Source: an uncultured cyanobacterium (GTDB taxonomy: Bacteria; Cyanobacteriota; Cyanobacteriia; PCC-6307; Cyanobiaceae). Taken from it: DNA of 64,000 bases. A model generated the notes under the pieces. The model did not search any database. It saw nothing but the letters and a program-made list of their open reading frames with translations, and was not told where the DNA came from. Below, in pieces: positions 39,439-48,200 of this stretch. The stretch is from NCBI GenBank assembly GCA_963765575.1, contig CAVXWZ010000002.1:288001-352000 (forward strand). Direction: 5' to 3'. The number at the start of each line of letters is the position of its first letter. Position 1 is the first letter of the stretch. Position numbers and translations under genes: made by a program.

Positions 39439-39517
39439 CATCCAGGTACAGAAGGCGGGACCGATAGCTGTCTTCTATGCCGAGATTCGTGCCCGCTTCT
39501 GATCTGGAGCGTTAGCC
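39433..39517 (+). other. attC site 2 (85 bp)
   Basis: R'' TTCTAAC (contains the toxin stop; exact complement of the GTTAGAA opening this cassette); GGT(A)CAGAAG(G)CGGG pairs with CCCGCTTCTGATC; R' GTTAGCC. Confidence 0.92.
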
Positions 39518-39551
39518 GGCCGCGAAAAGCCCTTAATCCATTATTCCCACG

Positions 39552-40181
39552 ATGAGCGACATGGCCTTGCTGGACGACTTCTCGCGGCTGGCCGTGAATT
39601 CACGACTTGCGTGGCACTGCGAACCCAAGCTTTGGTCGGTTGACCCGAGCGTCCCGTGCCTTCGAGTCAGTCCAGATGCTGCGACCGACTTCTGGCAGCG
39701 AACTCACTACGGATTTGAGGCTGACAATGGACACTTCCTGCATCTCTGGGCCGAAGGCGACTTCGTCCTCACGACCAAGGTCACGTCTCGGCCAGCGCAC
39801 CAGTACGACCAAGCAGGTCTGATGGTACGCCTATCTCCTTCCTGCTGGCTCAAGACCTCCGTAGAGTTCGAGCCCGACGGAAACAATCGGCTCGGAGCGG
39901 TTGTAACCAATGCACAGTATTCCGACTGGTCTACCCAGTCGCTGGCCAAAGAAATTCGAACAGTCTGGTTCCGGATTCGCGCAGAGCACAGTGACTACAT
40001 CGTCGAGTCGTCCGTCGATGGGCGGCATTGGGAGCAGCTGCGAATGGCACGGCTTTTCGAGCGGCCGGCAGTCAAAGCTGTTCAATGCGGGCCGTATGCA
40101 TGCAGCCCCAAGGCTTCAGGGTACGAGGCACAGTTCTCCTACCTGAGGTTCGAGCCTGGCCATCTTGCCGAGACCATGTAG
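39552..40181 (+). CDS. DUF1349-like (ConA-like fold) protein (cassette 3)
   Basis: TDFWQRTHYGF..DNGH, YDQAGLMV, WLKTSVE, GAVVTN..YSDWS, YACSP; starts 35 bp after the attC2 R' box. Confidence 0.85.
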   Translation: MSDMALLDDFSRLAVNSRLAWHCEPKLWSVDPSVPCLRVSPDAATDFWQRTHYGFEADNGHFLHLWAEGDFVLTTKVTSRPAHQYDQAGLMVRLSPSCWLKTSVEFEPDGNNRLGAVVTNAQYSDWSTQSLAKEIRTVWFRIRAEHSDYIVESSVDGRHWEQLRMARLFERPAVKAVQCGPYACSPKASGYEAQFSYLRFEPGHLAETM

Positions 40182-40325
40182 CTCATCTACGGCCCCCTTG
40201 AGCCGTTGTGGTGCAGATCCCTCTGGCGGGGCCACACCGGCGGCATCCGCTCAGCTCAAGCGTGATGCCATCAAGCACCCTCAAGGTGATACGTCCTGGA
40301 TCCCAGGTTGCGCCGAGCTCGAGCG

Positions 40326-41445
40326 TTAGTCCCGCTCTCCATACAGCCCGCGCAATCCCGCCTCACTCGCCGCCGCCACACCCCGCTCGGTGATCAGGCC
40401 GCTCACCAGCCGCGCCGGTGTCACGTCGAAGGCCGGGTTGAAGGCGTCGCTGCCCTCCGGTGTGAGCCGCACGCCGGTGATCGCCCCATCGGCGCCTACG
40501 CCCTGGATATGGGTCACCTCCTCGGCGCTGCGGGCCTCGATCGGGATCTCCGCCAGCCCATCACGGATCGACCAGTCGATCGTGGAGCCCGGCAGCGCCA
40601 CATAGAAGGGCACGCCGTTGTCGTGGGCGGCCAGGGCCTTGAGGTAGGTGCCGATCTTGTTGCACACGTCGCCGCTGCGGGTGGTGCGATCGCTGCCCAC
40701 GATGACGGCGTCCACCAAGCCGTGCTGCATCAGGTGGCCGCCGGCGTTGTCGGCGATCACCGTGTGCGGCACCCCCTCCCGCCCCAGCTCCCAGGCGGTG
40801 AGGCTGGCGCCCTGGTTGCGCGGCCGCGTCTCATCCACCCACACGTGCACGGCCAGGCCGGCGCGGTGGGCCTTGTAGATCGGTGCCAGGGCCGTGCCCC
40901 AGTCCACCGTGGCGATCCAGCCGGCATTGCAGTGGGTGAGCACGTTCAGGGGCTCGCCCTGGCGCTGCGGCGGCCGCGGCGGCGGCCAGCTCCTGCAGGA
41001 TCAGGCGCAGGCCGTGCTCACCGATCGCCGCGCCCATGGCCACGTCCTCGTCGGCGATCGCTGCCGCCTCGGCCCGGGCCGCCGCGGCCCGCTGCGGCCG
41101 GTGGCAGCGGCGCCACCCGGGCGCGCACCCGCTCCAGCGCCCAGCGCAGGTTCACCGCCGTGGGGCGGGTGGCGTCGAGCTGCTCGAACGCCGCCCTGCC
41201 AGCGCAGCGTCGCAGGGGTCGGCCTGCAGCGCCAGCATCAGCCCGTAGGCGCCGGTGACACCGATCAGCGGCGCCCCCCGCACCACCATCGTGCGGATCG
41301 CCTCGGCCGCCTCGTCGCAGCTAGCGCAGGGTGCGGGTGGCGAAGCGGTGCGGCAGCAGGGTCTGGTCGATCACCCCGATCCGAGCGAAGCACGCCCCTC
41401 CGGCTCCAGCCAGATCGTGCGCCAGGGCTTGCCGTCGATGTTCAT
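40326..41445 (-). pseudogene. mtnA: S-methyl-5-thioribose-1-phosphate isomerase with about five frameshifts in the 5' half (possibly assembly errors)
   Basis: Reconstructed across frames: MNIDGKPWRTIWL / VIDQTLLPH / MVVRGAPLIG / TRPTAVNL / [41 protein letters not shown]. Confidence 0.9.
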
Positions 41446-41520
41446 GGTGAGGTGAGGTGAGCGGGGTCGCCCGCCGGGTGGGGGTTCCGATCATCTCTGG
41501 CCTGTCATCCCTGGCCCAGC

Positions 41521-42066
41521 TCAGATCGGCCGGTAGCCGAACCAGTCCGGCACCTGGGGCTGGCTGAGGCCCTGCGGGTGGGGCTCCAGCGTCACCTGCC
41601 AGCCCTCGCCACCCGCAAGCTCCAGCTGCTCCAGGGCCAAACAGTCATCCACGGCCCAGAGGTCGTCCTTGTGCTGCTGCAGCGCGCCACGCAGCCACTG
41701 GCGCTTGGCCGCCGCCTTGGCCGCCTGGGCTGAGCGGGCCACCACCAGGCCGAAGTGGTGGAGCTCCGCCAGGGAATCGGGGCGGTAGGCGCCCAGATTC
41801 ACGAACCAGAGCTGCTCGCTCCGGGGCGCGCCGGGCTGGCGCCGCAGGCTCACCGCCCAGCCGTCCACCGCCCGCACCCCCATCCAGGCGTCCAGGTGCA
41901 AACCCCCGCGCCTGCCAAACCACTGCCGCCGCAGCTCCGGGATCGCCGCCTCGATCGAGGCCGCCGCCACGAAGCGCACGTCGTGCAGCTCGATGTGGCA
42001 ACCGGGCGCGCGACCGCCCAGCACCGCCAGGAACAACAGCGGGGCTGGCGGTTCAGACGTGATCAT
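41521..42066 (-). CDS. DUF1543-like protein
   Basis: LFLAVLGG...IELHDVRF, LHLDAW, LWFVNLGAY...ELHHF, HKDD. Confidence 0.85.
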   Translation of the reverse strand: MITSEPPAPLLFLAVLGGRAPGCHIELHDVRFVAAASIEAAIPELRRQWFGRRGGLHLDAWMGVRAVDGWAVSLRRQPGAPRSEQLWFVNLGAYRPDSLAELHHFGLVVARSAQAAKAAAKRQWLRGALQQHKDDLWAVDDCLALEQLELAGGEGWQVTLEPHPQGLSQPQVPDWFGYRPI

Positions 42067-42159
42067 CGGTGGCGAGGACTCCACCCCAGCCAACCAGAAC
42101 CAGGGGCGCCGTGGGTCCGTTGGCGTCAGGCTGGGGCAGCCCCCCGCCTGCTCCAGCCC

Positions 42160-43095
42160 ATGGCCCCGCCGCTCGCCGAGATGCCCGCCCTTGGGCTGGG
42201 CACCTGGAAAGCCGCCCCCGGCGAGGTGGGCGCGGCGGTGCGCTCGGCCCTGCGCCTCGGCTATCGCCACATCGACTGCGCCGCCATCTACGGCAACGAG
42301 GTCGAGATCGGCACCGCCCTGCACAGCGCCCTCGGGCAGGGCGAGCTGCAGCGCGAGCAACTCTGGATCACCTCCAAGCTCTGGAACGACTGCCATGCCC
42401 CCGACCAGGTGCGCCCCGCCCTGGAGCGCAGCCTCGCCGATCTGCAGCTCTCCCACCTCGACCTCTACCTGATCCACTGGCCGCTGGCGCACCGCCACGG
42501 GGTGCTGATGCCCAGCGTCGCCACCGACCAGATCCCCCTCGCGCAGCTGCCGCTGCATCGCACCTGGGCCGCCCTGGAGGAGCTGGTGGATGCGGGGCTG
42601 GTGCGGCGGATCGGGGTGTCCAACTGCAGCGCCGCCAAGCTCGCCGAGCTGCTGCCCCATTGCCGCATCCGACCGGCGGTGAACCAGGTGGAACGCCACC
42701 CCTGGCTGCAGCAGCGCGAGTTGCTGGCCTTCTGCCGCCAGCAGGGCATCGCCATCACCGCCTATTCGCCCCTGGGATCACCAACCGGCAGCGCACCCGC
42801 CCCCCTGCTCAGCGATCCGGTGGTCACCGCCATCGCCGCGGCCCACGGCGTCAGCGCCGCCCAGGTGCTGCTGGCCTGGGGGATCGCCTGCGGCACCTGT
42901 GTGATTCCCAAGTCGGTGAACCCTGAGCGGCAGGCGGCCAACCTCCAGGCGGCCAGCAGCCCGCAGCTCAGCCCTGCCGAGATGGAGCGGATCGCCGGCC
43001 TCGATCGCCAGCACCGCTTCGTGGACGGCAGCTTCTGGGAGCTGCCCGGCGGCCCCTACACCCGCGCCAACATCTGGGATGAACCCGCCACCTGA
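42160..43095 (+). CDS. Aldo/keto reductase
   Basis: GLGTW, GYRHIDCAAIYGNE, SKLWN, LDLYLIHWP, IGVSN, NQVE.HP, AYSPLG, IPKS. Confidence 0.95.
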   Translation: MAPPLAEMPALGLGTWKAAPGEVGAAVRSALRLGYRHIDCAAIYGNEVEIGTALHSALGQGELQREQLWITSKLWNDCHAPDQVRPALERSLADLQLSHLDLYLIHWPLAHRHGVLMPSVATDQIPLAQLPLHRTWAALEELVDAGLVRRIGVSNCSAAKLAELLPHCRIRPAVNQVERHPWLQQRELLAFCRQQGIAITAYSPLGSPTGSAPAPLLSDPVVTAIAAAHGVSAAQVLLAWGIACGTCVIPKSVNPERQAANLQAASSPQLSPAEMERIAGLDRQHRFVDGSFWELPGGPYTRANIWDEPAT

Positions 43096-43117
43096 GCCGC
43101 CCCCCGCCACCGGCACC

Positions 43118-44338
43118 ATGCCCAGCCCCCTCCCGCTCCCAGCTGCCGCCGCCTGCGCCAGGGCCCTGGCGGCTGGGCTGGCCGCCCTGCTGCTGTTGCC
43201 GGGCTGCTCCCGCGCCCAACCACCGACCCCCGCCGCCGCCGGCGCCGACGCCGCGCCGGTGGCCGCCGCTGTGCGCCCCACCCTGGTGGTGGGCGGCCTT
43301 CAGCATCCCTGGGGCATGGCCTGGCTGCCGGATGGGGCCCTGCTGATCACGGAACGGCCCGGGCGGCTGCGGATCGTGCGCGACGGCATCCTCGACCCCA
43401 GGTCCTTGGCCGGCGTTCCGCAGGTGCTGGCCGAGGGCCAGGGCGGCCTGCTGGATGTGAGCGTGCACCCGCGCTTCGCCGCCAACCCCTTCATCTACCT
43501 CACCTACGCCGAGGGCACAGCGGCAGCCAACCGCACCGTGCTGGCCCGGGCCCGCTTCGACGGTGAGGCTCTGGTCGATCTGGAGGTGCTGTTCACGGTG
43601 CCGCAGACCAAATCGGGCACCCAGCACTTCGGCTCACGGATGCTCTGGCTGCCCGACGACACCCTGCTGGTGAGCATCGGCGATGGCGGCAACCCGCCGC
43701 TCAGCCTCGCGGGGGGCCTGATCCGCGAGCAGGCCCAAAACCCCGCCAGCGCCCTGGGCAAGATCCTGCGTGTCCATGACGACGGCAGCATCCCCGATGA
43801 CAACCCCTTCAGCGGCGACCCCGAGGCCCACCCCGCCCTCTGGAGCCTGGGGCACCGCAACATCCAGGGAATGGCCATCGATCCGGGCGGCGCTGGCCTC
43901 TGGGCCAGTGAGCACGGCGCCCGCGGCGGCGACGAGCTCAACCGGCTCCAGCCCGGGGCCAACTACGGCTGGCCCCAGGTGACCCACAGCCGCGAGTACT
44001 TCGGTCCGGCGATCTCGGCCCGGCGCAGTGCCCCGGGCTTCACGGATCCCATCCAGGTCTGGACGCCGGCGATCGCCCCCTCCGGGCTGGCCGTCGCCAG
44101 CGGCCGGCGGCAGCCCGAGTGGGCCGGCGACCTGTTCGCCGGTGGCCTGGTGTCGGCCGATGTGCGCCGCCTGCGGCTCGATGCCAGCGGCCGGGTGCTC
44201 AGCCAGGAGTCGATTGCGATCGGCGCACGGGTGCGCGATGTGCGCGAAGGGCCGGACGGGTGGATCTACGTGCTCACCGACAGCCCAAGAGATGGCCAGC
44301 TGCTGCGCCTCGAACGGATGCCGGGATCTCAGGGCTGA
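43118..44338 (+). CDS. PQQ-dependent sugar (glucose/sorbosone) dehydrogenase, predicted lipoprotein
   Basis: LPGC lipobox, GLQHPWGMAWLPDG, GQGGLLD, HFGSR, GHRNIQG, EHGARGGDELN, NYGWP. Confidence 0.92.
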   Translation: MPSPLPLPAAAACARALAAGLAALLLLPGCSRAQPPTPAAAGADAAPVAAAVRPTLVVGGLQHPWGMAWLPDGALLITERPGRLRIVRDGILDPRSLAGVPQVLAEGQGGLLDVSVHPRFAANPFIYLTYAEGTAAANRTVLARARFDGEALVDLEVLFTVPQTKSGTQHFGSRMLWLPDDTLLVSIGDGGNPPLSLAGGLIREQAQNPASALGKILRVHDDGSIPDDNPFSGDPEAHPALWSLGHRNIQGMAIDPGGAGLWASEHGARGGDELNRLQPGANYGWPQVTHSREYFGPAISARRSAPGFTDPIQVWTPAIAPSGLAVASGRRQPEWAGDLFAGGLVSADVRRLRLDASGRVLSQESIAIGARVRDVREGPDGWIYVLTDSPRDGQLLRLERMPGSQG

Positions 44339-44724
44339 AGGCGCACGGGCGTCCCCACGGAGGTGCGCTCGAACAGCCAGCGGGCGGTGGCCCGGCTGAG
44401 ACGGATGCACCCGTGGCTGCGGGGCACCCCGAAGCACTGGCCGGCATCTTCCTGCCAGGGAGCCGGGTGCAGGCAATAGAGGTCGGTGCCGAGATTGCCA
44501 CCACCGAGACACATCACGTCGGCCACCGGCGCGGTGCGGAAGTCGCTGCCGACCAGCGGGGTGCGGGCGTATTTGCTGGCGATGCGGAACTCCCCCACCG
44601 GCGTGGGCGAGGCGGCCACACCGGTGGACACCGGTGCGCTGTAGATGGGCTGGGAACCACCGGCATAGGCATGCAGCCGCTGCTCGGAGAGATCGATCAG
44701 CAGCAGGGTAATCAGCTCCAGCAC
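44329..44724 (-). CDS. Small L,D-transpeptidase (YkuD domain)
   Basis: IDLSEQRL, VSTG...TPVGEF, SHGCIRL catalytic motif. Confidence 0.85.
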   Translation of the reverse strand: MLELITLLLIDLSEQRLHAYAGGSQPIYSAPVSTGVAASPTPVGEFRIASKYARTPLVGSDFRTAPVADVMCLGGGNLGTDLYCLHPAPWQEDAGQCFGVPRSHGCIRLSRATARWLFERTSVGTPVRLQP

Positions 44725-44766
44725 AGCGCGATCAGCTCCAGCAAGGCAGGCCCACGGGCTTCCCGC

Positions 44767-46122
44767 TCAGCTGTGCTCGCGCAGGAAGCCGATGGTGCCC
44801 TCCAGCTCCTCGGCGAAGCGATCGATCTCTTCGGGGGTGGTGGTGAAGCTGAGGCTGGCCCGGGCCGAGCCGGAAAGGCCATACAGGCGGTGCAGGGGCT
44901 GGGTGCAGTGGTGGCCGCTGCGGATGCAGATGCCGGCCGAATCGAGCAGGGCGGCGATGTCGTTGGCGTGCAGCCCATCGACGGTGAAGGCGGCCAGGGC
45001 GCCGCGGTGCGGCTGCTGCTCAGGCGTGGGGCCCAGCACGTTCACCCCCTCGATGGCCTGCAGGCGCTCAAACAGACGGCGGGTGAGCCCCTGCTCCCAG
45101 GCATGGATGCGCTCCAGGCCGATGGCCTCGAGATAATCGAGGGCCGCTCCCATGCCGATCGCCTCACCAATGGCCGGGGTGCCGGCTTCAAACTTGTGGG
45201 GCAGCTCAGCCCAGCTGCTGTGGTCCAGAAACACGTCCTGAATCATTTCGCCGCCGCCCAGAAACGGCGGCATCGCCTCCAGCAGGGCCTCCCGGCCCCA
45301 GAGAAAGCCCATGCCGGTGGGGCCGCAGAGCTTGTGGGAGCTGCCCACGAGAAAATCACAGCCCAGCTCGTCCACCTTCACGGGCATGTGCGGCAGGCTC
45401 TGGCAGGCATCCACCAGCACCAGGGCACCGAGGGCGTGGGCCAGGGGTGTGATCTCGGCGATCGGATTGCGGCAGCCCAGGGTGTTGCTCACCTGCACCA
45501 GGCTCACCAGCCGGGTGCGCTCGTTGAGCTGGGCCCGCAGGTCATCGAGATCCAGTTCGCCGCTGGGGGTGAGGCCCACATGGCGCAGCACACAGCCGGT
45601 GCGGGCCGCCAACAGCTGCCAGGGCACCAGGTTGCTGTGGTGTTCCATCACCGAGAGCAGCACCTCGTCGCCCGGCCTGAGGTTGGCCTCGCCCCAGGTG
45701 CGGGCCACCAGGTTGATGGCCTCACTGGCATTGCGGGTGAAGACAATCTCGCGGGCGCTGGCGGCCCCCACGAAGCGGGCCACCTTCTCGCGTGCCCCCT
45801 CGAAGCCCTCGGTGGCCCGGGCACTGAGCTGGTGGGCGCCGCGATGGACGTTGGCGTTGTCGTGGGCGTAGTAGCGGTGCAGGGCCTCCAGCACCTGGTT
45901 GGGCTTCTGGCTGGTGGCCGCGTGATCCATGTAGATCAGCGGCTGGCCGAGGCAGGCGGTCTGCTCCAGCAGCGGGAAGTCGGGGCGGGTGAGGACCGCC
46001 AGGTTCTCCTCGCCCGCCGCCCTGCCGGCCCGCCCCAGTTGGGCCTGGGCAGCACCGGCGCCAGCTGGGGAATCCTTGCGCGGCTCGGACGGGGGGCGGA
46101 GGGCGGGAGTGGCGGCGGTCAT
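44767..46122 (-). CDS. sufS: Cysteine desulfurase SufS
   Basis: YMDHAATSQKP, MEHHSN, SSHKLCGPTG, FEAGTP, RSGHHCTQP. Confidence 0.97.
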   Translation of the reverse strand: MTAATPALRPPSEPRKDSPAGAGAAQAQLGRAGRAAGEENLAVLTRPDFPLLEQTACLGQPLIYMDHAATSQKPNQVLEALHRYYAHDNANVHRGAHQLSARATEGFEGAREKVARFVGAASAREIVFTRNASEAINLVARTWGEANLRPGDEVLLSVMEHHSNLVPWQLLAARTGCVLRHVGLTPSGELDLDDLRAQLNERTRLVSLVQVSNTLGCRNPIAEITPLAHALGALVLVDACQSLPHMPVKVDELGCDFLVGSSHKLCGPTGMGFLWGREALLEAMPPFLGGGEMIQDVFLDHSSWAELPHKFEAGTPAIGEAIGMGAALDYLEAIGLERIHAWEQGLTRRLFERLQAIEGVNVLGPTPEQQPHRGALAAFTVDGLHANDIAALLDSAGICIRSGHHCTQPLHRLYGLSGSARASLSFTTTPEEIDRFAEELEGTIGFLREHS

Positions 46123-46127
46123 GGTGA

Positions 46128-47279
46128 TCAGGCGTCCCCCAGCAGAGCGGTGATGGGATCGTGTCGACGAGCCCCGGCCGGCAACTCCTGCAGCACCTCC
46201 TCGCAGAAGGCACGCTGCAGCAGGAGCGCGGCCGTGGCGGAGTCGATCCCCCGGCTGCGAAGGTAGAAGAGTTCCTCGCTCTGCAGCTGGCTCACGGTGG
46301 CGCCGTGGGCGCATTTCACGTCGTCGGCAACGATCTCCAGCTCCGGTTTGGTGTCGATCCGGGCCCGATCCGAGAGCAGCAGGTTGCGGCTCAGCTGGGC
46401 GGCGTTGGTGCGCTGGGCGGCCCTGGGCACCTGCACGGCGCCATTGAACACGCTGCGCCCGGCACCATCAGCCACCGCCTTGTGCAGCTGATTGAGATCA
46501 CCATCGGGCCCGTCGAAGCGCACGCAGCTGTGGGTGTCGGCAATCTGGCGGCCATCCACCCGTTGCAGGGCCCGCAGCCAGGTGCTGGCGGCGCCCTGCT
46601 CCTGCACGATGCGGGGCTCGTGACGGGCCAGTGCCCAGCCGCTGGACACCGTCGTGGCCCGCAGCTCACTGCCCTCGGCCTGGCGTACCGCCAGGTGGTT
46701 GAACAGGCAGGCGTCGTCTTGAGCGATGGCCAGACAACCCAGGCGCAGCTGGGCTCCTGCCGCCAGCACCACTTCGCTCACCAAACTGAGCAGCTGCCGT
46801 TGGCCGGGAGCGGGGACGGGAACCTGCAGCAGCTCCAGCCGCGCCCCGGGCTCCAGCAGCAGCAGCAAACGCCAGGCCACCACACCAGCGCCGGCCGGAG
46901 CGGGCAGCGGCAGCTCCAGGCTGCCGGCATCACCCTCCACCTTGAGGGCCAGCAGGGCCGGCTGGGCGCCGCCATTGAGCAGCACCGGCCAGTGCTGCTG
47001 GCAGCCACAGGCAGCGAGGGCACTGCCCAGTTGGGGCTCAGAAGCGCCGAGCCGGGTGACGCCAGCGGGCAGGCTGAGCTCGGCCCAGGGATCGGCAGGC
47101 GGTCCCGAGGCAGCAGTGGCCAGCCCCGCAGGAATGGCACCCAGGGGCGAGAGGTCGGTGAAACGCCAGTCCTCCTGGCGGCGCGTGGGCAGTGGCGCGC
47201 CGGCCATGGCAGCCAGCCAGGCCAGGGCGGCCGAGCCCGACTCGGTGGCGACGGCGGTCGCGGCAGGGGCGGCCACCAT
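46128..47279 (-). CDS. sufD: Fe-S cluster assembly protein SufD
   Basis: EDWRFTDL, TKPELEIVADDVKCAHGAT, FYLRSRGI. Confidence 0.95.
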   Translation of the reverse strand: MVAAPAATAVATESGSAALAWLAAMAGAPLPTRRQEDWRFTDLSPLGAIPAGLATAASGPPADPWAELSLPAGVTRLGASEPQLGSALAACGCQQHWPVLLNGGAQPALLALKVEGDAGSLELPLPAPAGAGVVAWRLLLLLEPGARLELLQVPVPAPGQRQLLSLVSEVVLAAGAQLRLGCLAIAQDDACLFNHLAVRQAEGSELRATTVSSGWALARHEPRIVQEQGAASTWLRALQRVDGRQIADTHSCVRFDGPDGDLNQLHKAVADGAGRSVFNGAVQVPRAAQRTNAAQLSRNLLLSDRARIDTKPELEIVADDVKCAHGATVSQLQSEELFYLRSRGIDSATAALLLQRAFCEEVLQELPAGARRHDPITALLGDA

Positions 47280-48094
47280 CAGGCCACCTCCGCCGGCTGG
47301 CGTCCGGGCTTGCCCTCAAGCCTGGCGACCTCCTCATCCACCCAGTCGTAGCCACTGCGCTCGAGCTCCAGGGCCAGCTCCTTGCCGCCGCTGCGCAGGA
47401 TGCGACCGGCCGCCATCACATGCACGTAGTCGGGCGTGATCAGATCGAGCAGTCGTTGGTAGTGGGTGATCAGCAGGGTGGCGTTGTCGGGGCCGGAGAG
47501 ATGGTTCACACCGGCGGCCACCACCCGCAGGGCGTCGATATCAAGACCGGAATCGGTTTCATCGAGAATCGCCACCAGGGGCTCAAGCAGGGCCATCTGC
47601 AGAATCTCGTTGCGCTTTTTCTCACCACCGCTGAAGCCCTCGTTCACCGAGCGCTCCAGAAAGGCGGGATCCATCTGCACCAAGGCAAGGCGCTCGCGCA
47701 CCAGATCCTCGAAGGCAAAGGTGTCGAGTTCCTCCTCTCCGCGTTCGCCGCGGCGAGCATTGGTGGCCACCCGCAGGAATTCCAGGTTGCTGACACCGGG
47801 GATCTCCACGGGATACTGGAAACCGAGAAAGAGTCCGATCCGTGAGCGTTGTTCGGGTTCGAGCTCCAGCAGGTTGTCACCCCTGTACAGCACCCTGCCA
47901 CCGGTGACGGCATAGGCGGGGTGGCCCGCGAGCACTTTGGACAAGGTGCTCTTGCCGCTGCCATTGCGACCCATCACGGCATGGATCTCGCCGGCGCGAA
48001 TGCTGAGGTTCACCCCCTTGAGGATGGGCTGCTCCTCCACGCAGGCATGCAGGTCATGAATCTCGAGCAGAACCGGTGCGTCCGGACGTATCAC
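47279..48094 (-). CDS. sufC: Fe-S cluster assembly ATPase SufC
   Basis: [46 protein letters not shown] start inferred. Confidence 0.97.
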   Translation of the reverse strand: MIRPDAPVLLEIHDLHACVEEQPILKGVNLSIRAGEIHAVMGRNGSGKSTLSKVLAGHPAYAVTGGRVLYRGDNLLELEPEQRSRIGLFLGFQYPVEIPGVSNLEFLRVATNARRGERGEEELDTFAFEDLVRERLALVQMDPAFLERSVNEGFSGGEKKRNEILQMALLEPLVAILDETDSGLDIDALRVVAAGVNHLSGPDNATLLITHYQRLLDLITPDYVHVMAAGRILRSGGKELALELERSGYDWVDEEVARLEGKPGRQPAEVA

Positions 48095-48200
48095 GGCAGA
48101 AAGGGATGGGGAACGAAAAAGCGGGCCAGTGGTCTGGGCAGGGCTGAACGGGGCTGGGTCGATGATCTGGAGGCCGGCGCAGCGGCAAGCGGCGGGACGC

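Larger units (their letters stand above)
36869..40331 (+). mobile_element. Chromosomal integron, intI co-oriented with a downstream cassette array (three gene cassettes plus decayed attC remnants)
   Basis: intI followed by a candidate attI and lower-GC ORFs bounded by attC sites. Confidence 0.9.
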
